A DNA stretch of 64,000 nt, taken from Mustelus asterias (taxonomy: Eukaryota). The stretch's first letter is position 1. Each line of letters starts with the position of its first letter. A program made the position numbers and the translations under genes. Shown piece by piece: positions 51,025-63,771 of the stretch. Below the pieces are notes generated by a model that was not told where the DNA came from, made no database searches, and saw only the letters and a program-made list of their open reading frames with translations. The stretch spans positions 1 through 64,000 of the forward strand of contig NW_027591667.1 of NCBI RefSeq assembly GCF_964213995.1, written 5' to 3'.

Positions 51025-51903
51025 TTGGGAGCAATTCTCCCAGCCTGCTGAGCTGCTTGAGTAGCGCAGCGGGCTGGGAGACATCAGCACTGGCCTCTTC
51101 GCGGGATTCCCGCTGGGCAGCTGGGCCTCCACATGTTTCCCAGCCTAGGTTTTTCACCGCAAATCTGTTCGCACTGAAAATCAACGTGGCAGTGATTTAC
51201 ATGTGTTACCGTACCTTTTCATGTAATTAGCGGGTCTGTGACTGAATTCTTCCCCTTCGCCTCTCCCTTGCTAGCATCTCCCTCCCTCCCCTCTGATGTG
51301 ATGTCACGCTGGCAGGGTTTACAACTGCTCTCTGTGTGAAAGGCAGCAGTGAGGCCAGCACATTCTGGGTGACTGGATGGTGGGGGCAGTGAGGGGGCAG
51401 CTTACTGTGGGTGAATGGGGGGCCAGCGCACTGTAGTGGGAGGCTGGGAGTGGGGGGTTGGGTGGGGGGAGTCCAGCGATGTCTGGGTCAGTGGGGAAAT
51501 GGGGAGGCCAGCGATGTCCATGGCAACGTGAGCGGGGGGGGGGGGGGGGGGGGCGGGGGGAGATGGTGAGAGGCCAGTGATGTTCTTATGAAGAGGAGGG
51601 AGTGAGAGGCCAGCAATCAAGCCAGCAATGCGCGTGGGGGGTGGGTGACAGGCCAGCGATGTTAATGCTGGGAGGATTTGTTTAGCAATCTCCCAGAGAT
51701 TGCACGTGGCCCGTTCACCGCGCTGACTTCAGCCTCTTCAGGGTGATAGGTCCCGCTCACCACTTTTCAGAGTGATTCACGCTAGTACACTCTTCACAGA
51801 GTGTGGGAGTTTCATTCTGAAACTCCCGCTAAAATAAATTGGCGGGAGTTACTCCAGTTTTTATGTAATTCGGCACTTGGAATTTCTTTGGTAGAATCCT
51901 GGT
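51025..51903. mobile_element. GC-rich MITE-like element (Harbinger-like) with poly-G
   Basis: Ends gggagcaattctccca and tttggtagaatcctggtc, flanked by ttt; interior resembles 59468-59700. Confidence 0.5.
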
Positions 51904-52174
51904 CTTTATTTCTGATGAATGGGTCCATTATTTGTAAAGAACGACTTGTAACTACATTAAAGAGAAACATACAATGAAGTGGCCGGATCTACTGTTTGGG
52001 TTCATTGTCAACTCCAAACTGTGTGCATGTGCATCTATGTTTATGTATGATATAGATGTGAATGCCACAGCATCAAATGTCCCAAACTAGGATTAGTTAA
52101 ATAGTCCTCACAAAGAAATTAATCTCTCGGGCTGGGTCTGCAAGACTGGCATAACTATGGGTTGTATAATCTTA

Positions 52175-52610
52175 TAATAATACAGTGCAGAAGAATTGAC
52201 CCATTGTGCCGATGCCAGCGTTTTGAAAAAGCTAAACAATTAGTTGCATCCCCTGTTGTTTCTCAACAGCCCTGCAAACCATTCGCTTTCAAGTATTTAT
52301 CAATTTTGAAAGTTACTATTGGATCTGAATCCCCCATCCTTTCAGGAGATGCAGTTCATAACAACTCAGGATGTAAAAAATATTTCCTCCTGCTGTCTCT
52401 GATTCTCTTACCAATCACCTCAAATCTATGTCCTCTGGTTACTGGCTTTTCTGCCACGTACAGCAATTAGTTTTTCCCCTTTTACACAACCAAAACCCTC
52501 CATGATTTTAAACACCTCTATCAAATCTTCCTTTAAACTTCTCTGGTGTAAGGACGACAACCACAGTTTCTCTAAATTGCCACAGCCCTCCCTCATCCAG
52601 TAAATCTCTT
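52175..52610 (-). mobile_element. Decayed CR1 3' end
   Basis: ttttaaacacctctatcaaatc, the antisense of DLIEVFKI. Confidence 0.65.
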
Positions 52611-53247
52611 TGAAGCCTTAAAAAAAACGTTCAAAAGATAATTTTTGGGGCCAGAAAAATGGGATTTACAATGGTTTGAAAAGAAAATCCTTTCTCTTTG
52701 TCTGCTTTTTGAGGTTTTAAACATTTATTGCTCTCCGCACCTTTTCAGTTTCTTCCTCTTCTTTTCTACATCTAGAATATCCTGCACTTCTTTGACAAAG
52801 TGAACTATCACAGTGTTTAATTATTCATTAACAGAGAGAGTATTTAGTTATCTTCTTGTGTTACAGTTTCTCATTAACATTCTTCATTAAATTCTACGCA
52901 ATAGCATTTGTTGGTGTTGGTATCATTTCAGCAATAGGCATAATAAATCCAAGTAAAATAAGTACAATCTTCTCATTCACCATATTTAACTCTCCTTGCC
53001 CACCTCAATTTTACCCATTCAGCAATAATTTAATTGCAATAGTGACATGGGAGAAAAGTGAGGTTCAATTGTGAGACCAACATTCAACAGTCTCTCAAAG
53101 GAGGCAGGCAGGAAATAAGAGAAAAGGCCATGATCGTATTAGCCACAATGTTATTGAATGGTAGAGTGGGCTTGAGGTGTCAAATGATCTACTCCTGCTC
53201 CTACTATCATTCAAATGACTCCAGGATTTTCCTACCACTACTACATG

Positions 53248-53547
53248 TGGCACGGTGGCACAGTGGTTAGCACTGCTGCCTCACAGTACCAAGAACCCAG
53301 GTTCAATTCCTGGCTTGGGTCACTGTCTGTGTGGGGTTTGCATGTTCTCCCCTTGGCTATGTGGGTTTCCTCCCACAGTCCAAAGATGTGCAGGTTAGGT
53401 GGATTGGCCATGCTAAATTTTCCCTTAGTATCAGGGGGACGAGCTGAGGCAAATGCATGGGGTTATGGGGATAGGGTCTGGGTGGCATTGTGGTCAGTGC
53501 AGACTCAATGGGCCAAATGACCTCCTTTCCTTTGTAGGATTCTATGA
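53248..53547 (+). mobile_element. HE1 V-SINE
   Basis: Head, V domain and ggattctatga tail. Confidence 0.9.
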
Positions 53548-53660
53548 TATTGTACTTTCTGCCATTGGTCCTGAATTTTTATTTTTATAGCACTGTTATA
53601 CATGAAGATGTGTTCCAATTTATCTTTACGATTATGTTTTATTTCATTAAGATTCACTCT

Positions 53661-54077
53661 CTGATTTTCCTTTCATTATTATCTGGAGAACTGCCTTTGT
53701 GCAACATGACCATAAAGCTTGCCGTGAGGTGCAGTGGGCGGCACGGTAGCACAGTGGTTAGCACTGCTGCTTCACAGCTCCAGGGTCCCGGGTTCGATTC
53801 CCAGCTCGGGTCACTGTCTGTGTGGAGTTTGCACATTCTCCTCGTGTCTGCGAGGGTTTCCTCCGGGTGCTCCGGTTTCCTCCCACAGTCCAAAGATGTG
53901 CGGATTAGGTTGATTGGCCAGGTTAAAAATTGCCCCTTAGAGTCCTCGGATGCGTAGGTTAGAGGGATTAGTGGGTAAATATGTGGGGGTAGGGCCTGGG
54001 TGGGATTGTGGTCGGTGCAGACTCGATGGGCCAAATGGCCTCCTTCTGCACTGTAGGGTTTCTATGATTTCTATGAT
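53661..54077 (+). mobile_element. HE1 V-SINE with 75-nt 5' leader
   Basis: Head starts at 53736; leader identical to 20784-20858. Confidence 0.92.
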
Positions 54078-54099
54078 CAGCAGCAGCAGAATTGTATTT

Positions 54100-54430
54100 A
54101 ATCACAATCTATAACCTCATGGCTCGTCATATCCCCCAGGTTCAATGAAAAGTGCAGGAGGGCATGTCAAGAGCAACACCAGGCATACCTAAAAATGGTG
54201 AAGCTACAACACACGACTACTTTGTACTCATGCCAAACAGTGGAAACAGTATGTAATAGACAGAGCTAAGAAATATCACAACCAACGGATCAAATCTAAC
54301 TTCTGCAGTCCTGTCATATCCAGTCATGAATGGTGGTGGACAAATAAACAACTCACTGGAGGAGGGGGCTCCACAAATATCCCCATCCTCAGTGATTGGG
54401 GAGCCCAGCACATCAGTGCAAAAGACAATA
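54100..54430 (+). mobile_element. CR1-group (Zenon-like) LINE internal fragment
   Basis: Sense counterpart of decayed sequence near 30780-31090; [16 protein letters not shown]...IPIL. Confidence 0.6.
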
Positions 54431-54798
54431 GTAGGGAGGTCATGCTTCAGTTGTACAGGGCACTAGTGAGACCACATCTGGAGTACTGTGTACAGTATCG
54501 GTCACCTTATTTAAGAAAGGATATAAATGCATTGGAAGCAGTTCAGAGAGGTTATTAGACTAATACCAGCGATAGGTGGGTTGTCTTATGAAAAAAGGTT
54601 AGACAGGCTAGGTTTGTATCTGCTCGAGTTTAGAAGAGTAAGAGGCAACTTGATTAAAACATATAAGATCCTGAAGGTACATGTAAAAGAGATGTTTCCT
54701 TTGTGCGAGAATGTAGAACGAGGGATCAATGTTTAAAAATAAATGATTTAGGACAGAGATAAGGAGAATGTTTGTCTTTCAGTGGCGAGTGAATCTTT

Positions 54799-54923
54799 GG
54801 CCCTGATTTTACCGGCACGCCCGCCCTGAAATTGGGGTAGGCGAGGCTCGCAGACGGCATGCTCCATTGGCCTCGGGCGCGATCTTACGAGTCTTGGGCG
54901 GGCATGCTGGTAACATTCTGGCC
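54799..54923. mobile_element. ~125-bp MITE (PIF/Harbinger-like)
   Basis: ~28-bp imperfect TIRs ggccctgattttaccggcacgcccgccc and gggcgggcatgctggtaacattctggcc; ttt on both sides; related copy at 55936-56062. Confidence 0.8.
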
Positions 54924-54962
54924 TTTGAATCTTCCTCAAAAGGCAGTGGAAGCAGAGTCTTT

Positions 54963-55096
54963 GGGCAAGATTTTCCGACCGCGCTCGCCCCAAGCCTGAA
55001 ATTCCCACCCAAGGTCAATGGACCTTTGCATGGTCCGCCGAATTCTCTGTCCCACCCGCTACGATTCCCGTGGTGGGCAGGATGAGAAAATTCCAC
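54963..55096. mobile_element. MITE
   Basis: gggcaagattttcc and gagaaaattccacc ends; interrupts CR1. Confidence 0.65.
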
Positions 55097-55707
55097 CTTC
55101 TGGAATACTTTTAAAGTAGAGGAAGATAAATTCTGGCAAGCGATGGGGGTGAAAGGTTATCGGGACAGGTGGGAATGTGGAGTTGAGGCTACAATAAATA
55201 ATGTTATTGAATAGCGGAGCAGGATCAAGAGACAAAGTCCCTTACTCCTGCTCCTAATTCATATGTTTCTATGTCTGTGTTTACTCACAGACCTCATGCC
55301 TGGCAGCAACTCTCAACCAGACAACACACAGGAATCTTTACCATAAAGTCTCCAGAAGGTTTGAAGTGCAGTTATTCTGAGTCCTCTTTCCTCTCAGATA
55401 GAAAATGCCTGCTCTTTTCTTGTGTCTAATATTCAAAACTTAATATGTGGGCATTGCAATTTCAAACCTTTTATAGCACTCTGCAGAGCAGAATAGTGGC
55501 TGCTTCAGTAATCCACATCCCAACAGAATCTTGCACTTTCAAAGGTTTGTTTTAAATGTTGTTTTTTTTTGTGTTATTAGACAAAAATGAAATGAATTGA
55601 ACTTTTTTTTCACTTTCACCTGTCTCTGTTGCTTCTCAATTTATGACATCTCTTTCAAAATAAGATTTCTTCAAATAGCTGTGCATGTACTGTCAACATG
55701 TACTTTT

Positions 55708-55828
55708 GATGTGGAGATGCCGGCGTTGGACTCATCACTCACCTGATGAAGGAGCAGCGCTCCGAAAGCTCATGAGACCAAATAAACCTGTTAAACTTTA
55801 ACCTGGTGTTCTGCGACTTCTTACTGTG
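55708..55828 (+). mobile_element. Mini PLE insertion with hammerhead (55740-55774)
   Basis: Inverted tail plus cacCTGATGAaggagcagcgctccGAAAgctc; TSD aacat(g/a)tactttt at 55695-55707 and 55829-55841. Confidence 0.88.
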
Positions 55829-55935
55829 AACATATACTTTTATCAGCAAGTTGCAGTTTAAATTTAGGGGGTGCAATTTAACAAATTCTGTCTTTTTCTT
55901 GAATATTGTTAAATTGCTGTTGCTGGCTCACACAT

Positions 55936-56062
55936 ATGCTGGAATTTTACAGGCATGCCTGCCCCGATTCCGGAGGTGGGCAAGGTTCGGAGAATGGTAT
56001 TCTCCGTTGGCCTCGGATGGGATCGTACGAACTCCAGAAGGACGTGCCGGTAAAATTCCACT
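55936..56062. mobile_element. MITE, same family as 54799
   Basis: ggaattttacaggcatg and cgtgccggtaaaattcc TIRs. Confidence 0.75.
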
Positions 56063-56240
56063 CATAGAGTCATAGAATCATTACAGTGCAGGAAGAGGCC
56101 ATTCAGCCCATTGAGCCTGCACCGACCATGATCCCACCCAGGCCCTTTCCCTGGAACCCCACGTATTTACCCTGCTAATCCCCCTGACACTAAGGGGCAA
56201 TTTAGTATGGCCAATTAACCTAACCCACACATCTTTGGAT
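56063..56240 (-). mobile_element. HE1 V-SINE 3' half
   Basis: catagaatc tail, ccctgacactaaggggcaatttag. Confidence 0.85.
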
Positions 56241-56788
56241 GTGAACACCACATTAGAGTTTGGTACTGTGCAGTTGGTGAACATTCTTCAAACACTAAAA
56301 GGAATAACTGTCTAACCCTGTCAAATGTGCTTTTTAACAACAGCTCTCACATTAGCCTATAGTTTTGTAGGTGTCTACCTCCTTTATCTAGTTTTGTGAA
56401 ATCTGTCAAGAAAGCATCACATTAAAACTGATAAAATGAAAGACAGTGTTTGTTATTCATACTTCAAAGTATATTTACACAGAAGCTCCTCTTAACAACA
56501 TTCTTTGAAGTAGTATTGTTAAATGACTAATGAAAACAAACTGTTGGCCTTTCAGCATGCCATACCCAAGAAAAAGACAGGCATGAAGATATGACAAATT
56601 TTCAAGCTATTTTAAAAAAGGACACAAAGGCTTAGGATGGCCACAGTATATCATCTAACTTCTTCAGCATTTGAACTGTTAGATAATAGAGCCTGTGATC
56701 TGATTAAACATGGACCTGAGTGATGGAATCTTATAGCCACTTGTGAGATTCACACATTCCATTGTTTAAGAATGGATCAAAACTTACA

Positions 56789-57058
56789 TGATGTGGAGAT
56801 GCCGGCGTTTGACTGGGGTAAACACAGTAAGAAGTCTCACAACACCAGGTTAAAGTCCAACAGGTTTATTTGATAGCACAAGCCACTAGCTTTCGGAGCG
56901 CTTGCTGCCCCTTCATCAGGTGAGTGGGAGTTCTATTCCTGTTTGTGAATAGAACTCCCACTCACCTGACAAAGGGGCAGCGCTCCGAAAGCTAGTGGCT
57001 TGTGCTATCAAATAAACCTGTTGGACTTTAACCTGGTGTTGTGAGACTTCTTACTGTG
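56789..57058. mobile_element. Fold-back PLE mini element with two hammerhead motifs
   Basis: ~115-bp near-perfect inverted arms around ctgtttgt; TSD tcaaaacttaca at 56777-56788 and 57059-57070. Confidence 0.92.
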
Positions 57059-57185
57059 TCAAAACTTACAGACAATAAAATTTGTAGGCAACTCATCTGC
57101 ATGTGTCAGTAGCAACTGTTATAATTCAGGTCAGAAACTCCAAAGTGTTTTATGAAGTCCATCTGGATCATTAGTTTTGCAACTT

Positions 57186-58009
57186 GTATTTGGCTAGAGT
57201 GAGCATGAGGTATTTCACTTCAGGTGTGATTCAACTAACCCACTAGGCAGTTTTCATCAAACAAATTTTATTTAAGAATACTGTTAACATGTATAGAAAG
57301 GAAATTAGCAATACATTTTACCAATTACAAAAAAGAAAGAAAAACAACCATGATATTGTATAATCTTTAATAAATAAATGAAATGTTCCAATCAAACAAA
57401 CTTCCCTGTACAAAACCCTTGTCACAGGTTTCGCACAGAAGACACGAATGCTCGCGTGATGCTGGAACCTAGTCTCTTGGTTGGATGCTGCGGCTCTCTT
57501 GATGCGTACACAGACAATCTTGGAGTCAGAACAGCTTTTCAAAACACCAGGGGGAGAGAGGCTCTAGATACTAGCTAGCAAAAACACCAACAGTAGAATT
57601 TTCATTCTTGGTAGGCAAGACGCTCTGCTTCCAGCTCGCCAGCAGAATTTTCAATACCAGGGAAAGAGAAAGAACCGCTGCTTTCAATCTGATGTCTACG
57701 CCCTTCTAAACTAAAACTGCAGCCAGCAGCCAAACTGAAAATGAAACCTTGAATTAACTAGGGAAAAAAAATTGTCCAAAACACATGACCTGCCAATCAG
57801 TCTTTCTCCTAACAATGCAGGGTCATAAAACAAATTCCAGAAAGTACCTGAGACCCAGAGTTAAAATAAGCAAAACTCCATTTAAACCATTGAAACAGTA
57901 ATAAAAGGACTTCTAGCAAACAGCCCGGCAAAAATGAAACTAAAGGTCTGTTATAGCTGCAGAGAATATGATTTTTTAAAAAAATTCTTAAAGGTACACT
58001 AACATTACA
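57186..58009 (-). mobile_element. Possible solo LTR
   Basis: TGTA...TACA ends and an A-rich stretch with a tttatt (antisense AATAAA) signal; no clear TSD. Confidence 0.4.
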
Positions 58010-58060
58010 GGACAACAGAGACATGCAAATTCCATGGGTGTTAAATGAATATGAAATGGT

Positions 58061-58185
58061 CTCATCTGATGAAGGAGCAACGCTCCAGAAGCTTTTGATT
58101 CCAAATAAACTTGTTGGACTTTAACCTGGTGTTGTGAGACCTCTTACTGTGCCCACCCCAGTCCAATGCAGCATCTCCACATCAT
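58061..58185 (+). mobile_element. PLE terminal fragment with mutated hammerhead
   Basis: CTGATGAaggagcaacgctccAGAAgc followed by the full tail ...catctccacatcatg. Confidence 0.82.
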
Positions 58186-58996
58186 GCTCTGAAAGAGACT
58201 GAAATAATTCCAAATTGTAAACATATTATTTTTCCTTCATCTGTATCAAACATTTGTGTCCGTGATAGTCTGTGTAAGGCAGTTTAAACCCCTGGGGCAA
58301 GTGTGTGCTCATAAATAATTTTCTTTATTTTAAAATTCACCAAAGCTTGCTGCCTGAAATCATTTAAATTGGGAAAAATAACTCTGAAGGTATGAAAATG
58401 CAGCAACCCCACAAATGTAAGCACTTTAATCATGGAAAACAATATAGCACTAACTGTTTGGGACAAGTGGTAAAATAATTTTAACAAAGTGGAGGTAAAT
58501 CCTTGGTTTCCTACATTATTTGCGCACTAAATATTATTGGCAGGAAAATATTTTGAGGCCACCTATCCCTGCAATTTCATGAGTGGAATTTTAATCACAT
58601 AGAAAAGTGACATTCTTCCTTTTAATTTGAAGAAAATTTAAGTCATTGCAGAAGAAGCTGAGAAAATTGCAACCTATAATGATGTGCTCAGTGAGAACTC
58701 TGAGCTGCTATCAATATAATACCAGGATGCCTCTTACTGTTGTAATAAACTCAATAATAATGTGGGACATTTTGTAATATCTGTGATGGATGAAAACAAG
58801 CAAAGGAACTGAATGTACAACAGGCATTTTACCTTAATGGATGCTGGTTACATGGTTACAACTGTGAGCACTCAATTCTTTTAGAGTCCATTGACTACAT
58901 TTACAAAGCACAAAAGAGCAGATACAGCAGATAAAATATGGTTGAAAAAAGGAACAATAAACCTAACCAAGCTGAAGTTTTATGTACCAATGTCAT

Positions 58997-59108
58997 TAGG
59001 GGCTAGAAATTCGTCCATGCATTGCATTAGTCCCATGAGCAAAGTCAAAATGGGTACACGACATTGCCTCTGGGCAAATGTAACGCATGGCAAAATTTCT
59101 AGTTCTAG
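58997..59108. mobile_element. Short MITE
   Basis: ctagaaattcgtccatgc and gcatggcaaaatttctag inverted ends. Confidence 0.6.
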
Positions 59109-59467
59109 CTGACTTAATGTCTTAAATGTTATGGGATTGATTTATCTGGAGTTCTTCTTAGATACAACTGTTTTCAACAGGAGTTGAAGTATGCACCACG
59201 TGCCTTGGATGAAAATTCTCACAGGGTGATACACTATTCCAACTGGAAATTTATTCCTCCTGCGGCACATTTAGACACAACGCTTTGTGCAACTCCAAAT
59301 CATAAAGTTCAACCCATCACTTGCTATGACAAGAACTATACCAGAAAATAACCTGAATCACAACGTGAATAAAACTAAAGAACAAGATTGAGATGATTGA
59401 AAAATACTTGGAAACACTAAAAGTCTGCATCTATAATAGTCATTCACAGGATAGCTGAATACTTCAT

Positions 59468-59705
59468 GGGGGTGATTCTCCCAGCCCGCTGCGCTGCCAT
59501 AACCTCTGCGCATCTCCCAGCCCATGATTTTGAGCGTCATCAGCTCTGTGCTGGAAATCAACATGGAGCTGATTTCAATATTATAATCTGCATTTGCATT
59601 TGATTAGCGGGCCCAGGACTGAAGTCTCTGGGCCCACTAGCCACTCCCCCACCCCACCTCACCAGGAGCAGCTCACTCCAGCGGGGTTTACGACTGCTCC
59701 CCCTC
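59468..59705. mobile_element. GC-rich MITE-like remnant
   Basis: ggggtgattctcccagcccgctg resembles the start of the 51025 element. Confidence 0.5.
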
Positions 59706-60221
59706 TTCGTAAGACTAACCCCATATCTCTGGAATCAATCTACTGAGGGCAGCACAGTGGTTAGCATTGGTGATCCGGGATCTGCCTCTGCTCCTGATCC
59801 ACATTGGAGCCGGCGTCCGCCATGCTCCTGCCCCTGCGGGCAGTGCTGTGCCAATGTCCAGTCATGTTTCATTATGTCCAACCCTTAATTATCCAGCCAG
59901 CGTGAAATCGTGTTCAGGTTCGAATTGTGGTTGGAGGCAGGAATTGCGCCACTTCTGGCCTGCTGATCGTACATGCACAATGTGAGCAATATTCCAGCCA
60001 TAGTCTGCTAACAGATGAAACATGTATAGAAATGATGGAAGGTTCAGTCTGTTCTGTCTGGTGATAATGATTTACCAGTTCTTTCTTCCAATCAAGATCA
60101 TTATTCACATGTCTTGAAAACTATTAATTCCTGAAATTCCATCAGCACCTCTCCTGGCGCTGCCTTTTTGGCAGTGGTTCAATGAAAATCCTGTTTATGC
60201 ATTTCAAGTATGTCAGCAAAG

Positions 60222-60895
60222 TTTGGTTTGATTTGATTTATTATTGTCACATTTATTAGTATACAGTGAAAAATATTGTCTCTTGTGCGTTATACAGCCA
60301 AAGCATACCATTCATAGAGAAGGAAAGGAGAGAGTGCAGAATGTACTGTTACAGTCATATCTAGGGTGTAGAGAAAGATCAATTTAATATGAGGTAGGTC
60401 CATTCAAAAGTCTCATGGCAGAGGGGAAAAAGTTGTTCTTGAGTTGGTTGGTACGTGACCTCAGACTTTTGTATCTTTTTCCTGACGGAAAAAGGTGGAA
60501 GAGAGTAAGTCCAGGATACGTGGGGACCTTGATTATGCTGGCTGCTTTTCTGAGGCAGCGGGAAGTTTAGACAGAGTTAATGGATGGGAGGCTGGTTTGT
60601 GTGATGGACTGGTCTTCGTTCATGACCTTTTGTAGTTTCTTGCAGTCTTGGACAGAGCAGGAACCATACCAATCTGTGATACAACCGGAAAGAATGCTTT
60701 CTGTGGTGAGAGTCATAGCGGACATGCCAAATTTCCTTAGGCTCCTGGGGAAGTAGAGGCGTTGGTGGGCTTTCTTAACTATAGTGTTGGTGTGGAGAGA
60801 CCAGGACTAGTTGTTGGTGATCTGGTAACCTAGAAACTTGCAGCTGTCGACCATTTCCACTTCATTCCCATTGATGTATATCCTCCACTACGCCC
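60222..60895 (-). mobile_element. Rex1/Babar LINE 3' part
   Basis: Colinear with the 32075-32760 and 14035 copies. Confidence 0.9.
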
Positions 60896-60914
60896 CAAGG
60901 AAATCCCGTATAAT

Positions 60915-61200
60915 AAATATATAATTGCTTTAGAAGCAGTTCAGAGAAGGTTCACTGGAGTCACTCCTGGGATGAAGAGGTTGTCTTATGAGGAAAGACT
61001 GGACAGTTTGGGCTTGTACCCACTGGAGTTTAGAAGAATGAGAGGTGATCTTAATGGAACATAGAAGACCGTGAAGGGAATTAATAGGGTGGACACCCAG
61101 AGGATGTAGCGTTGAGACCACAATCAGATCAGCCATAATCTTATTGAATGGTGGAGCAGGCTTGAAGGACCAAATGGCCTATTCCTGTCCTATGTTCCGA
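60915..61200 (+). mobile_element. CR1 3' fragment with internal deletion
   Basis: LEAVQRRFT...LSYEERL plus tail. Confidence 0.8.
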
Positions 61201-61671
61201 TGTAATTATGTTAAATGTATCCAAGTCAGATGGTGAAGTATAAAACCAGATGCTGATCCTTTTCTGTATTGTCGGCTTTTTTCACAGAATGAAGCAGTAC
61301 ATTTCTCTGCTTTCTACTTCCTAATTAACCCAGTGACCCAGCAGACCCATTCCGCATGCTCTTCTTGAAAATGAATTGAAACATTCTAATAAAAGGGGTC
61401 GCAGCTTCTGATGGTCGCTGTAACAAAAACAAAACTTTAAAGGAAACTTATAAAAGTAAATTAAAATGTCATTGGTATGGGCGATGCACTCTAATCCCTG
61501 TGGTATCCATCAGTTGCAAATGGCCTCAATCATCCCAGTGGACACCGCATACTCCCATTCCTGGGAAGTTCCTTTTCATGTGTGCTCAAAGACAATCACT
61601 CAATATCCACGCCCCGTTTACCCATAACAACTTAATTGACATTTTGAGAGATCTACAGGCATTTAGAGACG

Positions 61672-63093
61672 CAAGGACTGATTAGGGACAGTCAGCATTG
61701 CTTTGTGAGTGGAAAATCATGTCTCACAAATTTGATTGAGTTTTTTGAAGGGTAACCAGGAAGGTAGATGAGAGCAGTGCAGTTGATGTTGTCTACATGG
61801 ACTTTAGCAAGGCCCTTGACAGGGTACTGCATGGTAGGTTGTTGCATAAGGTTAAATCTCACGGGATCCAGGGTGAGGTATCTAAATGGATACAAAATTG
61901 GCTTCTTGACAGAAGCCAGAGGGTGGTTGTAGAGGGTTGTTTTTCAAACTGGAGGCCTGTGACCAGCAGTGTGCCTCAGGAATCAGTGCTGGGCCCACTG
62001 TTATTTGTCATTTATATTAATGGTTTGGATGAGAATATAGGAAGAAGTTTAACAATACCAGGTTAAAGTCCAACAGGTTTATTTGGTAGCAAAAGCCACA
62101 TGTGTTTACCCCAGTCCAACGCCGGCATCTCCACATCATGAGAATATAGGAGCATGGTTAGTAAGTTTGCAGATGACACTAAGATTGGTGGCATAGTGGA
62201 CAGTGAAGAAATTTATCTCCAATTGCAACGGGATGTTGATCAATTAGGCCAGTGGGCTGACGAATGGCAGATGGAGTTTAATTTAGACAAATGCAAGGTG
62301 ATGCATTTTGGTAGATTGAACCAGGGCAGGTCTTACTCAGTTAATGGTAGGGCGTTAGGGAGAGTTACAGAACAAAGAGATCTAGGGGTACAGGTTCATA
62401 GCGCCTTGAAAGTGGAGTCACAGGTGGACAGAGTGGTGAAGAAGGCATTCAGCATGCTTGGTTTCATTGGTCAGAACATTGAATACAGGAGCTGGGACAT
62501 CTTGTTGAAGTTATACAAGATATCGGTAAGGCCATACTTGGAATACTGTGTGCAATTCTGGTCACCCTATTATAGAAAGGATATTATTAAACCAGAAAGA
62601 GTGCAGAAAAGATTTACTAGGATGCTACCGGGACTCGATGGATTGAGTTATAAGGAGAGGCTGGATAGACTGGGACTTTTTTCTCTGGAGCGTAGGAGGC
62701 TGAGGGGTGACCTTATAGAGGTCTATAAAATGATGAGGGGCATAGACAAGGTAGATAGTCAATATCTTTTCCCAAAGGTAGGGGAATCTAAAACTAGAGG
62801 GCATAGGTTTAAGGTGAGAGGGGAGAGATAGAAAAGTGTCCAGAGGGGCAATTTTGTCACACAGAGGGTGGTGAGTATCTGGAACAAGCTGCCAGAGGTA
62901 GTAGTAGAGGTGGGTACAATTTTGTCTTTTAAAAAGCATTCAGAAATTTACATGGGTAAGATGGGTATCGAGGGATATGGGCCAAATGCGGGCAATTGGG
63001 ATTAGTTTAGGGATTTTAAAAAAGAAAGGGCGGCATGGACAAGTTGGGCCGAAGGGCCTGTTTCCATGCTGTAAACCTCTATGACTCTATGAC
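61672..63093 (+). mobile_element. CR1 RT and 3' end, interrupted by a PLE fragment
   Basis: MDFSKA, VPQES, KFADDTK, WQMEFN in ORFs 61797-62066 and 62154-62831; same subfamily as 19291. Confidence 0.95.
62043..62137. mobile_element. 95-bp PLE-end insertion
   Basis: Inverted PLE end plus tail; perfect 14-bp TSD atgagaatatagga at 62029-62042 and 62138-62151. Confidence 0.9.
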
Positions 63094-63421
63094 ATAGAAT
63101 CATAGAATCCCTGCAGTGCAGAAGGAGGCCATTCAGCCCATCGAGCCTGCACCGACCACAATCTCACTTGGCTCTATCCCCATAACTCCACATATTTACC
63201 CCACTAATCCCCCTGACACTAATGGTCAATTTAGCATGGCCAATCAACCTAACCTGAACACCTTTGGACTTTGGGAGAAAACCGGAGCACCCGGAGGAAA
63301 CCCACAGAGACACGGGGAGAATGTGCAAACTCCACACAGACAGTGACCCGAGGCTGGAATTGAACCCAGGTCCCTGGCGTTGTGAGGCAGCAGTGCTAAC
63401 CACTGTGTCATTGTGCCGCCC
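63093..63421 (-). mobile_element. HE1 V-SINE, tail-to-tail with CR1
   Basis: Full head, V domain and tail. Confidence 0.9.
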
Positions 63422-63488
63422 ACATAGCATTAACATTTCAGGCTATTGAGATGCAGATTCATTTTCACTGTGTGAGAATACCTCCTTG

Positions 63489-63771
63489 AGCGGCACGGTG
63501 GCACAGTGGTTAGCACTGCTGCCTCACAGTGCCAGGGAACTGGGTTTGATTCCCAGCTTGGGTCACTGTCCGTGTGGAGTTTACACATTCTCCCCGTGCC
63601 TGCGTGGGTTTCCTCCGGGTGCTCCAGTTTCCTTCTGAAAGACGTGCTGGTTAGGTGCATTGACCCAAACAGGCGCCGGAGTGTGGTGACTAGGGGAATT
63701 TCACCGTAACTTAATTGCAGTGTTAATGTAAGCCTTACTTGTGACTAATAAATAAACTTTTACTTTTACTT
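63489..63771 (+). mobile_element. V-SINE with non-HE1 tail
   Basis: Same family as 1644. Confidence 0.9.

Larger units (their letters stand above)
54430..55275 (+). mobile_element. CR1 3' fragment with two MITE insertions
   Basis: [10 protein letters not shown]... and tail, interrupted at about 54799-54923 and 54963-55096. Confidence 0.85.

Noticed and set aside
63489-63565. tRNA genes
   Set aside because: The A/B-box-like sequences are SINE heads that run straight into SINE bodies
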